This document shows positions 7,558 to 17,822 of a stretch of DNA of 64,000 nucleotides, in pieces. Position 1 is the first letter of the stretch, and every line of letters begins with the position of its first letter. The translations under genes and the position numbers were made by a program. Source of the DNA: a virus; the IMG/VR virus record IMGVR_UViG_3300031152_000003, positions 6,438 through 70,437 of that record, one strand, 5' to 3'. Below the pieces are notes generated by a model, which did no database searches, had not been told where the DNA came from, and saw nothing but the letters and a program-made list of their open reading frames with translations.

Positions 7558-8931
7558 CTACTCGAAGTAGCCGTTCACCGAGACGTCACCACGCACGATC
7601 TGCGACCCCGTCGCCGTCCCCACCGGCACCTGCACCACCACATGGAAGTACCGGCCCGAGTCCACCACCAGCGGCGTCACGAACGCCCGGCTCAGGTCGC
7701 CCGCGACCGTCCCCACGCCCGACCCGACCGGGAACGCCTGCACCCCCAAAGGCACCCTGCGGGGCGCCCACGTCGACGCAGAGTCCGCCGTAGCGAGCGA
7801 CCCGGCCGAGGAGTTCACCCCGACCGACCAGTCCAGCACCGTGGCCGTCGCGGCCACCGCGGCCCCGGTGTTCACCGCCGACACCGACACCGAGTTGACG
7901 TACAGCTGGTACCCGGCCGGGACCTGGAACCCGAACAGGGCGAAGTCCGTCGCCGCCCCCGCCGGGGCGGCGAACTGGAACCGGCCCCCGAGCGTCGCGT
8001 ACGACGGGACCGTGTTCGACAGCGACGCGCTAGCCGGGCTGGTCGAGTTGGCGTGCTGCGCCGTCTGCCCGTACGTCGTCGGGGACTGGTGACCCCCGCG
8101 GCCCAGCCCGGCCAGGACCTGATCCCACGGCTTGTGCTGCGTCAGCGCCTGCTGCGCCACCACCATCTGACCCAGGTACAGCACCGGCGCCGCCGACGGG
8201 GCCGACCCGCCGTTGTAGCAGCGCATGAACACCGGCAGCCGCCCGGCCGAGGTGGGGAACGCCTGCGCGACCGGCACCTTCACCTCCGCGACGATCTCGT
8301 CGTCGACGAGGAACTGCACCAGGTCTTCCACGACGATGACGTCCAGCAGGGTGACGTCGAACGGGGTCACCGCGGCCAGCGCCGGTGAGGTGACCTCGAT
8401 GCCGCCGTAGGACACCACGGCGCGGAACTCCCCCGTCGGCGCCCACCGGAAGAAGCATCCGTCGGTCGGGGCCGCGGTGCCCGCGGCCACCCCGATGCCG
8501 GCTTCCATGGTCGAGTTGGCCTGCGGCAGCCCGGCGCAGGCGATGTTGAGGGTGACCTTCAGCGGCAGGTGGCCGTACATGGGGATCTGCTTGACCGAGG
8601 AGAGGATCGCGTACGCCCCCGCGGTGGTCGCGACCCCGGCGTTCAGGGCGATGAACCCGCCGGACTGCGCGATGGTCATCCCGGAGGTGGACTGCGTCCA
8701 CAGGTTGGTGTTGACCGTGCTGCCGTCGACCTGCTCGTACAGCACCAGCGCGTCCATGGACACGTCGAGGGCGCCGTTCTCGGTGGTGAGGATCTCCCGG
8801 CCATCACTCGCGAGGATCTTCGCGTAGCCGGCCAGTTCCGGGTCCGTCCCGTCCGCGGCCACGCGGAGCGCGCCTTCGGGGGTGACGTGTGCCAGGTCGG
8901 ACGTGTCGCCGGACTTGACGATGATCGACAT
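7558..8931 (-). CDS. distal tail/fiber-like structural protein (458 aa)
   Basis: last gene of morphogenesis operon; ATG 8931 in ATGA overlap; Ala/Gly/Ser/Thr-rich beta-like composition. Confidence 0.5.
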   Translation of the reverse strand: MSIIVKSGDTSDLAHVTPEGALRVAADGTDPELAGYAKILASDGREILTTENGALDVSMDALVLYEQVDGSTVNTNLWTQSTSGMTIAQSGGFIALNAGVATTAGAYAILSSVKQIPMYGHLPLKVTLNIACAGLPQANSTMEAGIGVAAGTAAPTDGCFFRWAPTGEFRAVVSYGGIEVTSPALAAVTPFDVTLLDVIVVEDLVQFLVDDEIVAEVKVPVAQAFPTSAGRLPVFMRCYNGGSAPSAAPVLYLGQMVVAQQALTQHKPWDQVLAGLGRGGHQSPTTYGQTAQHANSTSPASASLSNTVPSYATLGGRFQFAAPAGAATDFALFGFQVPAGYQLYVNSVSVSAVNTGAAVAATATVLDWSVGVNSSAGSLATADSASTWAPRRVPLGVQAFPVGSGVGTVAGDLSRAFVTPLVVDSGRYFHVVVQVPVGTATGSQIVRGDVSVNGYFE

Positions 8932-9443
8932 CAGCCGGTCACGTCGATCAGGTGCCGGCCCCACGTCCCGCCGGACGCCGCCGCTGTGACGGTGAATCCG
9001 GCGCCGGCCTGCACGTCGGACACGTACGCGGCCAGCCCCTCCAGCGCGGCGTCCCCGGGGTCGTGGTCCGCCGTCGCGGCGGCGGCAGGCCGGCACGCCA
9101 GCCGGGCGCCCGCAGTCAGGTCGGGCCACGGCACCCACACCTCCGCGGCCCCGTCCTCCCCCGACACGGCGTGGCCGAAGTCGACCTCCACCCGCGTGGA
9201 CACCACCGGGGCGCCGCCGTCGATCTCCCGGCCGTCCTGCCCGATCAGGAGCACGATCTGGTCGTTGCGGTCCCGCAGCTCGAGCAGCGTGCCGCGGCCC
9301 TTGACCCGGATCACTGGGGCGTGGCACGACACCGACTCGGCCCGGACCGCGGCCCCGGTCGAGCCCTGGGTCGCCTGGATCGCCGTCAGGGCGTCCAGGC
9401 CATCCACTGTGGACTCCGCGTACAGCCGCTGCCTACCCGTCAT
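8931..9443 (-). CDS. tail-associated hypothetical protein (170 aa)
   Basis: position in tail module; high GC3. Confidence 0.45.
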   Translation of the reverse strand: MTGRQRLYAESTVDGLDALTAIQATQGSTGAAVRAESVSCHAPVIRVKGRGTLLELRDRNDQIVLLIGQDGREIDGGAPVVSTRVEVDFGHAVSGEDGAAEVWVPWPDLTAGARLACRPAAAATADHDPGDAALEGLAAYVSDVQAGAGFTVTAAASGGTWGRHLIDVTG

Positions 9444-9490
9444 GCCACGGACGGTAGCCGCCGCAACTGTCCGTGGTCAGGGCCGGCCGG

Positions 9491-9847
9491 TTACATCCCG
9501 ACGTCCGCGCGGAGCCGGGCGACCTCCGACCGCAGGTCCGCGACCTCGGCGTCCCGCGCCCCCTGGAGTGCGGCGAACTCGGCCCGCAGCGCGTCCCGCT
9601 CGGCCCGCAGCGAATCCATGTCGTGCTGCATCCGGTCCTGGTTGGCCTGCATGTCGCGGATCACCGACGTCTGCACGATCACCGCGCCCTGCGCAGCCTC
9701 CACGACGATCTTCCCCCGGTCCGCGGACACCTTGAACAGCGCGACCAGCCCACCGCCGCCGCCCAGCCCGATGACCAGCGCCACCAGCGAGGTGACGACC
9801 GTGGAGGTGATCTGCGGCTCCGCCGCCCACCCTGTCACCGGGACCAC
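9491..9847 (-). CDS. membrane-anchored coiled-coil protein
   Basis: TM helix VVTSLVALVIGLGGGGGLVALF followed by heptad-like RAERDALRAEFAALQGARDAEVADLRSEVARLRA. Confidence 0.45.
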   Translation of the reverse strand: MVPVTGWAAEPQITSTVVTSLVALVIGLGGGGGLVALFKVSADRGKIVVEAAQGAVIVQTSVIRDMQANQDRMQHDMDSLRAERDALRAEFAALQGARDAEVADLRSEVARLRADVGM

Positions 9848-10305
9848 CGGCGGCGGCTACGGGGGGCCTTCGGGTCCGACCCGGACATCAGGACCAGCAC
9901 CCGGTCCGTGGCCAGATGCCAGGCCCGGACCAGCGCCGCCGTGGCGATCAGCAGCAGCGTCACGACGGTATTCCACATCGCCCACCGGCCCACCACCGCG
10001 GTCGCCAGCGCCGACACCGTGGCACCCCCGGCGTACATGACGCAGCCGGCGGCCTCGACGTTGGTCAGGGCGGCGGCGATGCCGGCGAGGATCAGCGCGC
10101 CGCCGCCGCCGTACAGGGAGATCCACACGTAGTCCAACGGTGGGAGGAGGCGGGTTGCGGCCTGCCGGCCGGGGTGGGCGAAGAAGGTGACGGCGGCGTT
10201 GATGCCGAGGTAGCCGATGGCGGCGGCGAATGGAACTTCGCCGAGCCGGCGTGCGGCCCGGACGGCGGAGCGGCGCCTGCGTGGCGGCGGGTTGGGTTCG
10301 GTCAT
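9835..10305 (-). CDS. multi-pass membrane protein
   Basis: 3-4 hydrophobic helices (AAIGYLGINAAVTFF, ALILAGIAAALT, VVTLLLIATAALV). Confidence 0.4.
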   Translation of the reverse strand: MTEPNPPPRRRRSAVRAARRLGEVPFAAAIGYLGINAAVTFFAHPGRQAATRLLPPLDYVWISLYGGGGALILAGIAAALTNVEAAGCVMYAGGATVSALATAVVGRWAMWNTVVTLLLIATAALVRAWHLATDRVLVLMSGSDPKAPRSRRRWSR

Positions 10306-10359
10306 GCCTGATGGTCCCGCGCCGCGGGGCTGCGGGGGTGGGACGTGGCCCGGGCGGTT

Positions 10360-10620
10360 CTACCCGGTCTCGGGCGGGTCGTCGTGCACGGTCGCGCCGG
10401 CCAACACCTGCGGGTGGGGATCCCCAGGCGAGTACGACACCTCCCAGCCGGGGATCTCGGGCCACTCGTACGGCACCGACTTCAACGCCTTCGCGGCCAA
10501 CACCCGCGCCTCCAACAGTGCCAGCCCGGCCGTGTCGCCGTTGGCGGGCGTCTCCCCCATCGGCCACACGTCGACCGACGGGGCCGGGGTCCTGATCACG
10601 AGCCACCACAGGTCAGCCAC
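10360..10620 (-). CDS. hypothetical protein (86 aa)
   Basis: ORF in operon direction; start 3 nt after upstream stop. Confidence 0.35.
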   Translation of the reverse strand: MADLWWLVIRTPAPSVDVWPMGETPANGDTAGLALLEARVLAAKALKSVPYEWPEIPGWEVSYSPGDPHPQVLAGATVHDDPPETG

Positions 10621-10622
10621 TG

Positions 10623-11096
10623 CTACACCTCTCCGAGGAATTTGACGGTCATGTTCGACCCTGCCGCGGTGGCCAGCGTCCCACCGGAGTTTTGCAGGCC
10701 GCGGATCTCGGCGTAGTCGGTCGCGACGACGGTGACGATCTGCCCGGCCAGGTTCTGCTGGAACACGCCGGTGCCTCCGGTGCGGGGGGGTGAGGAGACG
10801 ATGGCTCCGGTGATCGCGACGCCGTTGATCGCCAGGTCGGTCTGCCGTGAGGTGCCGGCGGTGGAGGCGCCGTGGAAGGTGACTGCGGAGATTTCGAACC
10901 GGCCGTCGCGTTGGAAGGTGTACCGGTTGGTGTTCACGGAGGTGGAGTGGCCGGAGTCGTCGTCGATGTCGTCGGTGTCGAACGTGATGGGGGTGACGGT
11001 GTTGTCGAGCCAGTTCTGTGTGGCGACGGACCGGATTCGGGCGTGGATGGGCGGGTCGCGGTCGGATGCTTTGACGACGTTCCCGGCTACCGCCAT
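10623..11096 (-). CDS. tail protein (157 aa)
   Basis: position after large tail protein; Gly/Thr-rich. Confidence 0.45.
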   Translation of the reverse strand: MAVAGNVVKASDRDPPIHARIRSVATQNWLDNTVTPITFDTDDIDDDSGHSTSVNTNRYTFQRDGRFEISAVTFHGASTAGTSRQTDLAINGVAITGAIVSSPPRTGGTGVFQQNLAGQIVTVVATDYAEIRGLQNSGGTLATAAGSNMTVKFLGEV

Positions 11097-11112
11097 TGTG
11101 GTCTCCTCGCGG

Positions 11113-13371
11113 TCACAGTGCGTAGATGGCGGGTTGCCACAGTTCGACGGCCGCAGCGGCCGGTTGGGGTTTGACGACGCCGTTGACTGATCTCGTGACG
11201 GTGAATGTCTGCGGGGACGCGGCGCCCGAGATGGCGGTGACGGTGATCCGCTCCCCGCCGACCTTGATGTCGAAGGGCATGTCCCCGGCGTCCACGGTCC
11301 ACAGCGGCCCGGACGGGGTGGCCACCGACAGTGACACGGCGGCCGAGTCGACCGACGACACGAGCGTCGAGCCGTCGGAGGAGTACCGGTAGGTGGTGTT
11401 GTCGTAGACGGCGACCTGCCACGGCGAGTCCGGCGTCAGGTTCGCGGTGATGGTCTGCTCGTACTGGGACAGCTGCTCGACCATGCCCTGCACGCCCTGG
11501 GTGATGTCATCCGGGGGCAGCCACGCGGGGGGGGTGGTGACGTCGAGGCGTTGCCCGATGTCCAGCGCCCGGGCCTGCTCGGTCAGCGTCGGGTTGCTCG
11601 TGAAGGCGGGGTTGGCGAGGTTCATCGCGATCGTCGGGTAGCGGGCCTCGTCGACGGTGCCGACGTGGAGCCGCCAGCCGGCCTGGTCGGGCAGTTGCGT
11701 GTCGGCCAGGACGTTGATCGTGACCTGCTCGTCGTACCGGCCGACCCCGTCCGGCGGGGGCTGCACGGACAGGGCGCCTGTCTCCAGGACCTGCCGGGCC
11801 GAGGAGCCGCCGGTCCGCTGGGCGGTGACGTCGTTGCGGGTCAGCCGGTCGTCCTCGACCGGCTCGAGCGCGGCCATCTGATGCGACGGGTAGTCCAGGG
11901 TGATCGACGGGGCTCGGTCGTACAGGCCCTGCCGGTCGAGGAACGCCAGCCCGATGAAGGTCCGCGGCTCGAACAGGATCCCCCCGTCTGCGTCCGCGCA
12001 CTCCTGTAGCAGGTCGACCAGAGTGTTCGACTGCTGCGCACCCACCGATGTCGACGTATGAGACGGAGGCACCCGGAGATACTCAATCCCCTCCTCCTCG
12101 CACAGACGACGGATACGAGTCCCCGCCGACTCCCCAGCGAAACCGAACACCGAGGAGAACAGGCTCGGGATCGACACTTCATCGAGGGAGACGAGCTCCG
12201 ACCACACGGTGATGTGCCCGACCGTGACGTCAGCAGCATTGCCGTCCGGGCCGACCTGCACTGTCGTGACCCGACCGACAGTCTTCCCGGCCGCGGTACT
12301 GGCCCCGGCAATGCCATGCCCCGTGTCGACGTTCTGAATCTCGAACCGGAAGTCCGCGTCAGCCCCGGATGCTTCTATCTGAATTTCGAGTAAGTACAGG
12401 ACGCCGTTCACGCCGCCGTCGATGGACAGCGCCCCGGAGGTGACCAGGTTGACTCCGGCCGCGTCGTAGCCGAGGCAGGTGAATGTTCCTCCGGCGGCCG
12501 AGTTGTACCGCACATCCCAGCGGGCGGCCGACCCGGTTGTCCGGACCCGCAGGATGATCGCCCCGTCCGTGATGCCACCGGCACCGACCTGCAGATAGCA
12601 GGAGGTCTCGAAAATGTTCGTGGTCGGGTAGGTCCGGACGTTCCCGGTCCATCTGCTGCCCGCGACCACGGGTAGCGAGTCGGAGCCGGGGAACGCATCG
12701 GAGCTCGCCATCTCGGGTGAGCCGGTGATGGTCATGGCCGAGCCGCTGACTGCGGAGGCGATCTGGGTGGCGCCCGACTCTTCCTCGCACGGCCAGTACT
12801 CGACGGGCAGGGCAGTACCCGTGAAGGCGTCGTTGTCGACGGTGTCGGAGAGGATCCGCCGGTACATGGGCGACCGGAGCGGGCTGGCGCCCTGCCCGAG
12901 CCTGCGCAGGATCCCCGACGCCGTCACCGGCACCCACACATCCGACCCGGACAGGTCCCACTTCGACGGCCACGACGACACCTCCCCCACGCCGCGCACG
13001 TCGTTCCCCACCCTGACCCGCAGCGGCGTGTTCCGGCCGATCTGCCCGTACAAGATGCTCGTCGGGTTGCGGGGGGAGTACCGGCCGTCCCTGTTGTTCA
13101 GCGTCAGGGTGATCTCGGTCGGATCCACCGTCGTCCCCTCCGGCCGCTTCCCCCGGGTGATCGTGATGCCGTCCCGGGCGTACACCCCCGCCTGACCGGT
13201 GTTGAGCCTGGTCACATCAACCCAGTTGCCGAACATGAACAGGTCCACGGCGAGCGGCAGCGGCGACTGGGGGAACGGCGGGGTGGTGTCCGACCCGGCC
13301 GGCAGAAACGGCCCGGGAAGGTTCCGCCGCAGATCCCACCCGGCCGACCGCGCCGCTACACCACCGGGCAT
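11113..13371 (-). CDS. large minor tail/baseplate-like protein (752 aa)
   Basis: first large gene downstream of tape measure; GC3-rich from ATG 13371. Confidence 0.6.
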   Translation of the reverse strand: MPGGVAARSAGWDLRRNLPGPFLPAGSDTTPPFPQSPLPLAVDLFMFGNWVDVTRLNTGQAGVYARDGITITRGKRPEGTTVDPTEITLTLNNRDGRYSPRNPTSILYGQIGRNTPLRVRVGNDVRGVGEVSSWPSKWDLSGSDVWVPVTASGILRRLGQGASPLRSPMYRRILSDTVDNDAFTGTALPVEYWPCEEESGATQIASAVSGSAMTITGSPEMASSDAFPGSDSLPVVAGSRWTGNVRTYPTTNIFETSCYLQVGAGGITDGAIILRVRTTGSAARWDVRYNSAAGGTFTCLGYDAAGVNLVTSGALSIDGGVNGVLYLLEIQIEASGADADFRFEIQNVDTGHGIAGASTAAGKTVGRVTTVQVGPDGNAADVTVGHITVWSELVSLDEVSIPSLFSSVFGFAGESAGTRIRRLCEEEGIEYLRVPPSHTSTSVGAQQSNTLVDLLQECADADGGILFEPRTFIGLAFLDRQGLYDRAPSITLDYPSHQMAALEPVEDDRLTRNDVTAQRTGGSSARQVLETGALSVQPPPDGVGRYDEQVTINVLADTQLPDQAGWRLHVGTVDEARYPTIAMNLANPAFTSNPTLTEQARALDIGQRLDVTTPPAWLPPDDITQGVQGMVEQLSQYEQTITANLTPDSPWQVAVYDNTTYRYSSDGSTLVSSVDSAAVSLSVATPSGPLWTVDAGDMPFDIKVGGERITVTAISGAASPQTFTVTRSVNGVVKPQPAAAAVELWQPAIYAL

Positions 13372-13374
13372 CGA

Positions 13375-13887
13375 CTACTCGTCCCAGCAAATCCAGGTCA
13401 GCATGTTCACCGCTGCGCTGAACGTCGCCCGCACCCGCAGGAACTTGCTGACCGCCACGATCGGCCGTTCGTCGGGCATGAACTGGTAGGCGTAGGTGAT
13501 CGGGCCGGCACCGTTCGACACTCCCGCGATCTCTTCGGCGTCGAACATCCGCGCCGCCGTGGTCGACCCCTCAACGGTGCCCGTGTAGCCCGTGTTGGCC
13601 ACTCCCAGCGTGACCAGCGACGCCGGGGCGTTCGGGTCCAGCGGCTGCACTCCCGCCGCGACGTGCGCGGTGACGGTGGCCGCGACGTCGGTCTGCACCA
13701 GCTCGACCACCCCGACTCCCGTGGTCGCAGGGGCCGCGTCGAGGGAGAAACCCCACGAGATGACCTGTAGCTGCCGGGTCGACGGCGTCGACACCTGCAG
13801 CATGGTCTTGATGGCGGTGCCGGTGGTGACCTTGGCCTGTGCGGCCGTAGTCGGCATCGGGCCATTCCACGTCTTGTACCGGTGCAT
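13375..13887 (-). CDS. minor tail protein (170 aa)
   Basis: immediately downstream of tape measure gene. Confidence 0.5.
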   Translation of the reverse strand: MHRYKTWNGPMPTTAAQAKVTTGTAIKTMLQVSTPSTRQLQVISWGFSLDAAPATTGVGVVELVQTDVAATVTAHVAAGVQPLDPNAPASLVTLGVANTGYTGTVEGSTTAARMFDAEEIAGVSNGAGPITYAYQFMPDERPIVAVSKFLRVRATFSAAVNMLTWICWDE

Positions 13888-13930
13888 TCCGTCCTTCTCT
13901 CAGCGGTTCAGGGGCTTTTCGCCATGCCGG

Positions 13931-16765
13931 TCAGGACCCCAGGTAGGCCTGCACACTGCCGCCGCCGCCCTTCCGGACCGCCTCACGCAGCCACTCCACG
14001 AACATCCGGTCCAACGCCGACCCGCCCGGCATCACCTGCAACAACACCTGAGCCCCGCCACCCGAGCCGGACATCATCCGCTCCGTGTCCGGCGCCGAAT
14101 GCACCGTCGACCCGGCCGGCAACCGCACCAGCTCACGGCCCTGCTCCCCGACCATGGTCCAGCCCGACCGCGGCCCACCGCCTGCGGCACCGGTGATGCC
14201 GCCGGACGCATGCCCGAACAGCGACAGCAGCCCGCCGCCGGGCGCATACGGGGCGGTCGCCTTCGCCACCGACACCAACGCCCTGCCCACATGCCCCGGA
14301 ATCGACTTGATGAACTCAATCACCGTCTGGATCTTGTCCGTGATCCACCGGACCGCCTGCCCGATCTCCTCCTTCACCCCCGACATCAGCCCCACCGCGG
14401 CGTTCGCGATCTTCCCCGGCAGCCCGCGGACGAACGTCACGATCCCACCCAGCCGCGCCGCCACCCACGACCCCGCCGCAGTAGCCCGCTCCGTGATCCC
14501 CGCGAACAGCCCGACAACCGCCGACCGGATCCGCGCCGGCAACGCGCGGGCGAACCCGACGATCCGGTCGAACGCCACCCGCACCCCGACCGCCACCCGC
14601 CCCGCCCAGGTGATCCCGAACTGGAACCAGCTCACCAGCGCCGACAGCACGGTGATGAACACCCGGACCTGCACACCCAACACCCGGAACGCCAACCCGA
14701 GCACCACACCCACCGCCGGGGCCAGCTTCAACACCAGCCCGGTCACGGTGAGGAGGAACTGGGCGAGCGTCGACAGTTCCTCCCGGTGCGCCGCGATCGT
14801 CCCGCCGACCTCCCGGAACGCCGTCAACAGCCCTCCGCCGATCCCCTTCGCCAACGCCACAGCGGCGGGCAGGACGTGGTCCGCGATGAACCGGCCCAGG
14901 TCCATCAGCGGCGGCAGCACCCGCTCCCGCAGCCACTCGGCCATGACCTGAACGGCCGGGACGACCCTGCCGGTGATGACCCGGGCCAGGCCGGTCAGCC
15001 ACCCGCCGAGGGTGGAGATCGCACCGGGGGCCTTGTCGCCCATCCATGACAGCAGCGACGTCAGCCACCCCGTCAGCAGCTCCACGGCCTTCGTCAGCAC
15101 CGGAAGCACCGAGGTCGCGAGCTGCACCATGGGCGGGATCAGCGGTGGGATGGCGAGGAGCAGCGCGGCGAACAGGTCGATGAACGCGCCGATGGCGGTC
15201 TGCATCGACCCGTCCGCCGTGACCCGGTCGATCACCTGGCCGAACGCGACCGCGAACTGCGTCAGGACGCCCTGCATCGGAGCCAACGCTTGCAGCACGG
15301 TCGTGGCCATCCGCATCAGCGGCGGCGCGAGCTTCCCCGCCACTTCGATGATCCCGCCCAAAGCCTGCCCGACGACGGTGGCGAACTGTCGGAACGCGGG
15401 GAGGTTCGCCTGGATCACCGGCCCCAGCGTCGCCAGCCCGGCCTGCATCCCCGGCAGCAGCCCTTCCTGCCCGGCATTCCTCAGTTGCTGGATCGGGCCG
15501 TCGATGAACGCGCGGAGGAACCGGGCGAAGGCCTGCCCGGTCGGCGTCAGGCCCTTCATGGCCTGCCCGAGCTTGTCCACCCCGGCCGCGCCCGCACTGC
15601 CGGCGGCGATGGAGGCGGCCTGCACGGCCCGCTGTGCCTCGACGACCTGCTGTTGCGCCTGTACGAGCCGTAGCGCCCCGTCCCGCTGCGCGGACTCGGC
15701 CTGGTCGGCAGCTTCGGCGGTGGCGATGTGGGCGTCGCGGGCGTTCCGCTGCGCCTCCACGACCCGGGCGGTGGCGTCGGCGACCTGCTCGGAGCCGGCC
15801 ACACCGCGCCGGTCCGCCTCCGCCTTCCGCGCCGCCAGGTCCTGCGCGTCCCTCTTCAGGTCGGCGTTGGCCTTGACCGCCTCGTCGTACGCCAACTGCG
15901 CCTGCCGCCGCTGCAGGTCCGTCGCCCGCGGGTCCGCCAGCGTCTCATCCAACGACGTCTTGGCCTGCTCGATGTCCAGCAACGCCCCACGCGCCCGCAG
16001 GGCCATGTCCTCCTGCTGCCGCGCCAGGTCCTGCAACTGCCGGGCCGCATCAGCACGCGCGCGGGTCAGGTCCTTCTGCGCCTCCGTCACCCGCCGCGCG
16101 GCCTCACGCTCCTGATCCGCGGCACGCGCCGCCGCCTGCCCGGCCCGGCGGGTCGTGTCGGCCACCTGCTCCCGCGTGTTCGCAAGCTGCGCCTGCGCCA
16201 TCCGCACCCGGTCCACCGCCGACGCCATCTGCAGCTCACGCCCGGCCGCCTGGCCGGCCGCGGCCCCGGCGCCCTTCGTCTGCTCACCCAGCGCCTTGAC
16301 CGCCCCGCCGATCCCCGATAGCCCCGCCACCGCGGCGCCGATCCCCGCGCCGGCCACAGCGCCCAGCCCGACCGCCGCCCCGATCCCACCCGCCGCGGCA
16401 CCCAGCGCGGCCAACGCCGCGCCGACGATGGCAATCTTCGCCAGCGCCGACCCGATGTCCGCATCAACGTTGACGTGCGCCGTCCGGCCATCCAGCCGGG
16501 ACACCTCGGCGTCGGTCACCGCCAGCTCGGCGTCCGCCGCGCCGGTGTCCGCATCCACCTCGACCGTCGCCGTGTCACCGTCGATCCGCTCGGCGGCCTG
16601 CTCCACCCGCCCCAGCTCGGCGGCGGCGCTGGAGTCGACCTCCACGTCGACCTTGACCGTCTTCCCCGACAGCCCGGCGATGGCCTTCCTCAGCCGCGCG
16701 AGCTTCGCCTCCGCATCGGCCGTGTCCGCGTTGCCCTTGACGCGGATCTCGATGTCATTCGGCAA
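13931..16765 (-). CDS. tail tape measure protein (944 aa)
   Basis: very long Ala/Gln/Arg-rich coiled-coil N-half plus Gly/Ala/Leu/Ile-rich hydrophobic C-half; follows chaperone pair. Confidence 0.85.
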   Translation of the reverse strand: MPNDIEIRVKGNADTADAEAKLARLRKAIAGLSGKTVKVDVEVDSSAAAELGRVEQAAERIDGDTATVEVDADTGAADAELAVTDAEVSRLDGRTAHVNVDADIGSALAKIAIVGAALAALGAAAGGIGAAVGLGAVAGAGIGAAVAGLSGIGGAVKALGEQTKGAGAAAGQAAGRELQMASAVDRVRMAQAQLANTREQVADTTRRAGQAAARAADQEREAARRVTEAQKDLTRARADAARQLQDLARQQEDMALRARGALLDIEQAKTSLDETLADPRATDLQRRQAQLAYDEAVKANADLKRDAQDLAARKAEADRRGVAGSEQVADATARVVEAQRNARDAHIATAEAADQAESAQRDGALRLVQAQQQVVEAQRAVQAASIAAGSAGAAGVDKLGQAMKGLTPTGQAFARFLRAFIDGPIQQLRNAGQEGLLPGMQAGLATLGPVIQANLPAFRQFATVVGQALGGIIEVAGKLAPPLMRMATTVLQALAPMQGVLTQFAVAFGQVIDRVTADGSMQTAIGAFIDLFAALLLAIPPLIPPMVQLATSVLPVLTKAVELLTGWLTSLLSWMGDKAPGAISTLGGWLTGLARVITGRVVPAVQVMAEWLRERVLPPLMDLGRFIADHVLPAAVALAKGIGGGLLTAFREVGGTIAAHREELSTLAQFLLTVTGLVLKLAPAVGVVLGLAFRVLGVQVRVFITVLSALVSWFQFGITWAGRVAVGVRVAFDRIVGFARALPARIRSAVVGLFAGITERATAAGSWVAARLGGIVTFVRGLPGKIANAAVGLMSGVKEEIGQAVRWITDKIQTVIEFIKSIPGHVGRALVSVAKATAPYAPGGGLLSLFGHASGGITGAAGGGPRSGWTMVGEQGRELVRLPAGSTVHSAPDTERMMSGSGGGAQVLLQVMPGGSALDRMFVEWLREAVRKGGGGSVQAYLGS

Positions 16766-17003
16766 ACTCCCCCACCCCCTCCCCAGCCTCGTCCCGCACG
16801 GGTGTGCCCTCGTGTTCGATCGCCAGCAGCCGCAGCAGGTACGCGTCCTCCGCCAGCACCTGACTGGGGAGGCAGTGGAACTGGCGGCACAGGCTCAGCA
16901 CCAGCTCGGCCTGATCCAGCTCTATGGGCTTGTCAACAACGGTTCCATCGGGAGCGACGCCTCCGGGAACGTCCCGCCAGAGCCGGAGCCGCCGGCCAAA
17001 GGG
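16755..17003 (-). CDS. T-extension of tail assembly chaperone (GT product via -1 frameshift)
   Basis: -1 frame ORF 16755..17126 overlaps end of G; frame remains open through slip site. Confidence 0.5.
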   Translation of the reverse strand, partial: PFGRRLRLWRDVPGGVAPDGTVVDKPIELDQAELVLSLCRQFHCLPSQVLAEDAYLLRLLAIEHEGTPVRDEAGEGVGEFAE

Positions 17004-17359
17004 TCCGGGACGCCACTTCCCGCCTGCATCCACGCCATGATCAGCCGCATGGTCAGGCTCTGCTTCAGTGACCGGACCCCGGCCAGCGTCGCCGGGATAG
17101 GAACCTTCTTCTTCTCCAGGTTCCACTCCACCAGCGCCTCGGCGAACCGCTCGAACAGCACGCTCATCGACTCCAGGTCCGCCGGTTCGAGATTCGACAT
17201 GTCGAAGTCGCGGCCGAACTTCCTGGCCAGGTGCGCGGCGGCTTTGGTCAGGTCGAGCATGTCCCCGGTCGACATGGACTCGATCCGGACGACCATGCCT
17301 TCCAGGTCGTCCTCGAACACCAGCCGGAGCACATCCGTATCTACCTCAAACCCAGGCAT
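16922..17359 (-). CDS. tail assembly chaperone G (145 aa)
   Basis: acidic small protein immediately upstream of tape measure; overlapped by -1 frame ORF. Confidence 0.65.
   Translation of the reverse strand: MPGFEVDTDVLRLVFEDDLEGMVVRIESMSTGDMLDLTKAAAHLARKFGRDFDMSNLEPADLESMSVLFERFAEALVEWNLEKKKVPIPATLAGVRSLKQSLTMRLIMAWMQAGSGVPDPLAGGSGSGGTFPEASLPMEPLLTSP
16997..17003 (-). other. candidate -1 slippery heptamer C_CCU_UUG for G/GT frameshift
   Basis: X_XXY_YYZ pattern in G frame (gac cct ttg) 75 nt before G stop. Confidence 0.4.
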
Positions 17360-17365
17360 ATCGGC

Positions 17366-17785
17366 CTAAGACCAGGTAGGTACGGCGCCGTTAGCCAGCA
17401 CGCCAGGCACAGCGGCCGTCAGCTCACCCGAGTTCGACCGGGTCAGCGGGTAGTCCGTGTACAGGATCTCCGCCGCCAACGTCTTCGCCGCCACCGTCAG
17501 CGTCGTCGTCCGCGCCACGCTCGTGGACGGCACGGTCGAGAACACGTCGTGAGAGCTGGGCGTCGACGCCGGGTTGAACACCACGTTGAGCGTGACGCTC
17601 ATGTCGGCGAGCAGGAGGATCCGCTCGATCGCCGACTTGTCCACGCCCGTTACGTCCCAGACTGCGCGAGGTGTTCCTATGCTGAGGTTGGTAACGTCGT
17701 TTTTGATCACCTCTACTGATCCGGATGAATCATCGACCGACAGCGTCGACCAGCCTATGCCCGACGTCTTCGCGATGTGAACCAC
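17366..17785 (-). CDS. short paralog of major tail (tube) protein (139 aa)
   Basis: shares WDVTGVDKSAIERI / FNPA / LANG motifs with the 18268..19023 protein. Confidence 0.5.
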   Translation of the reverse strand: MVHIAKTSGIGWSTLSVDDSSGSVEVIKNDVTNLSIGTPRAVWDVTGVDKSAIERILLLADMSVTLNVVFNPASTPSSHDVFSTVPSTSVARTTTLTVAAKTLAAEILYTDYPLTRSNSGELTAAVPGVLANGAVPTWS

Positions 17786-17822
17786 GCCCTTTCTGAATGC
17801 TTATCCGACCCGGCCGGGATGG

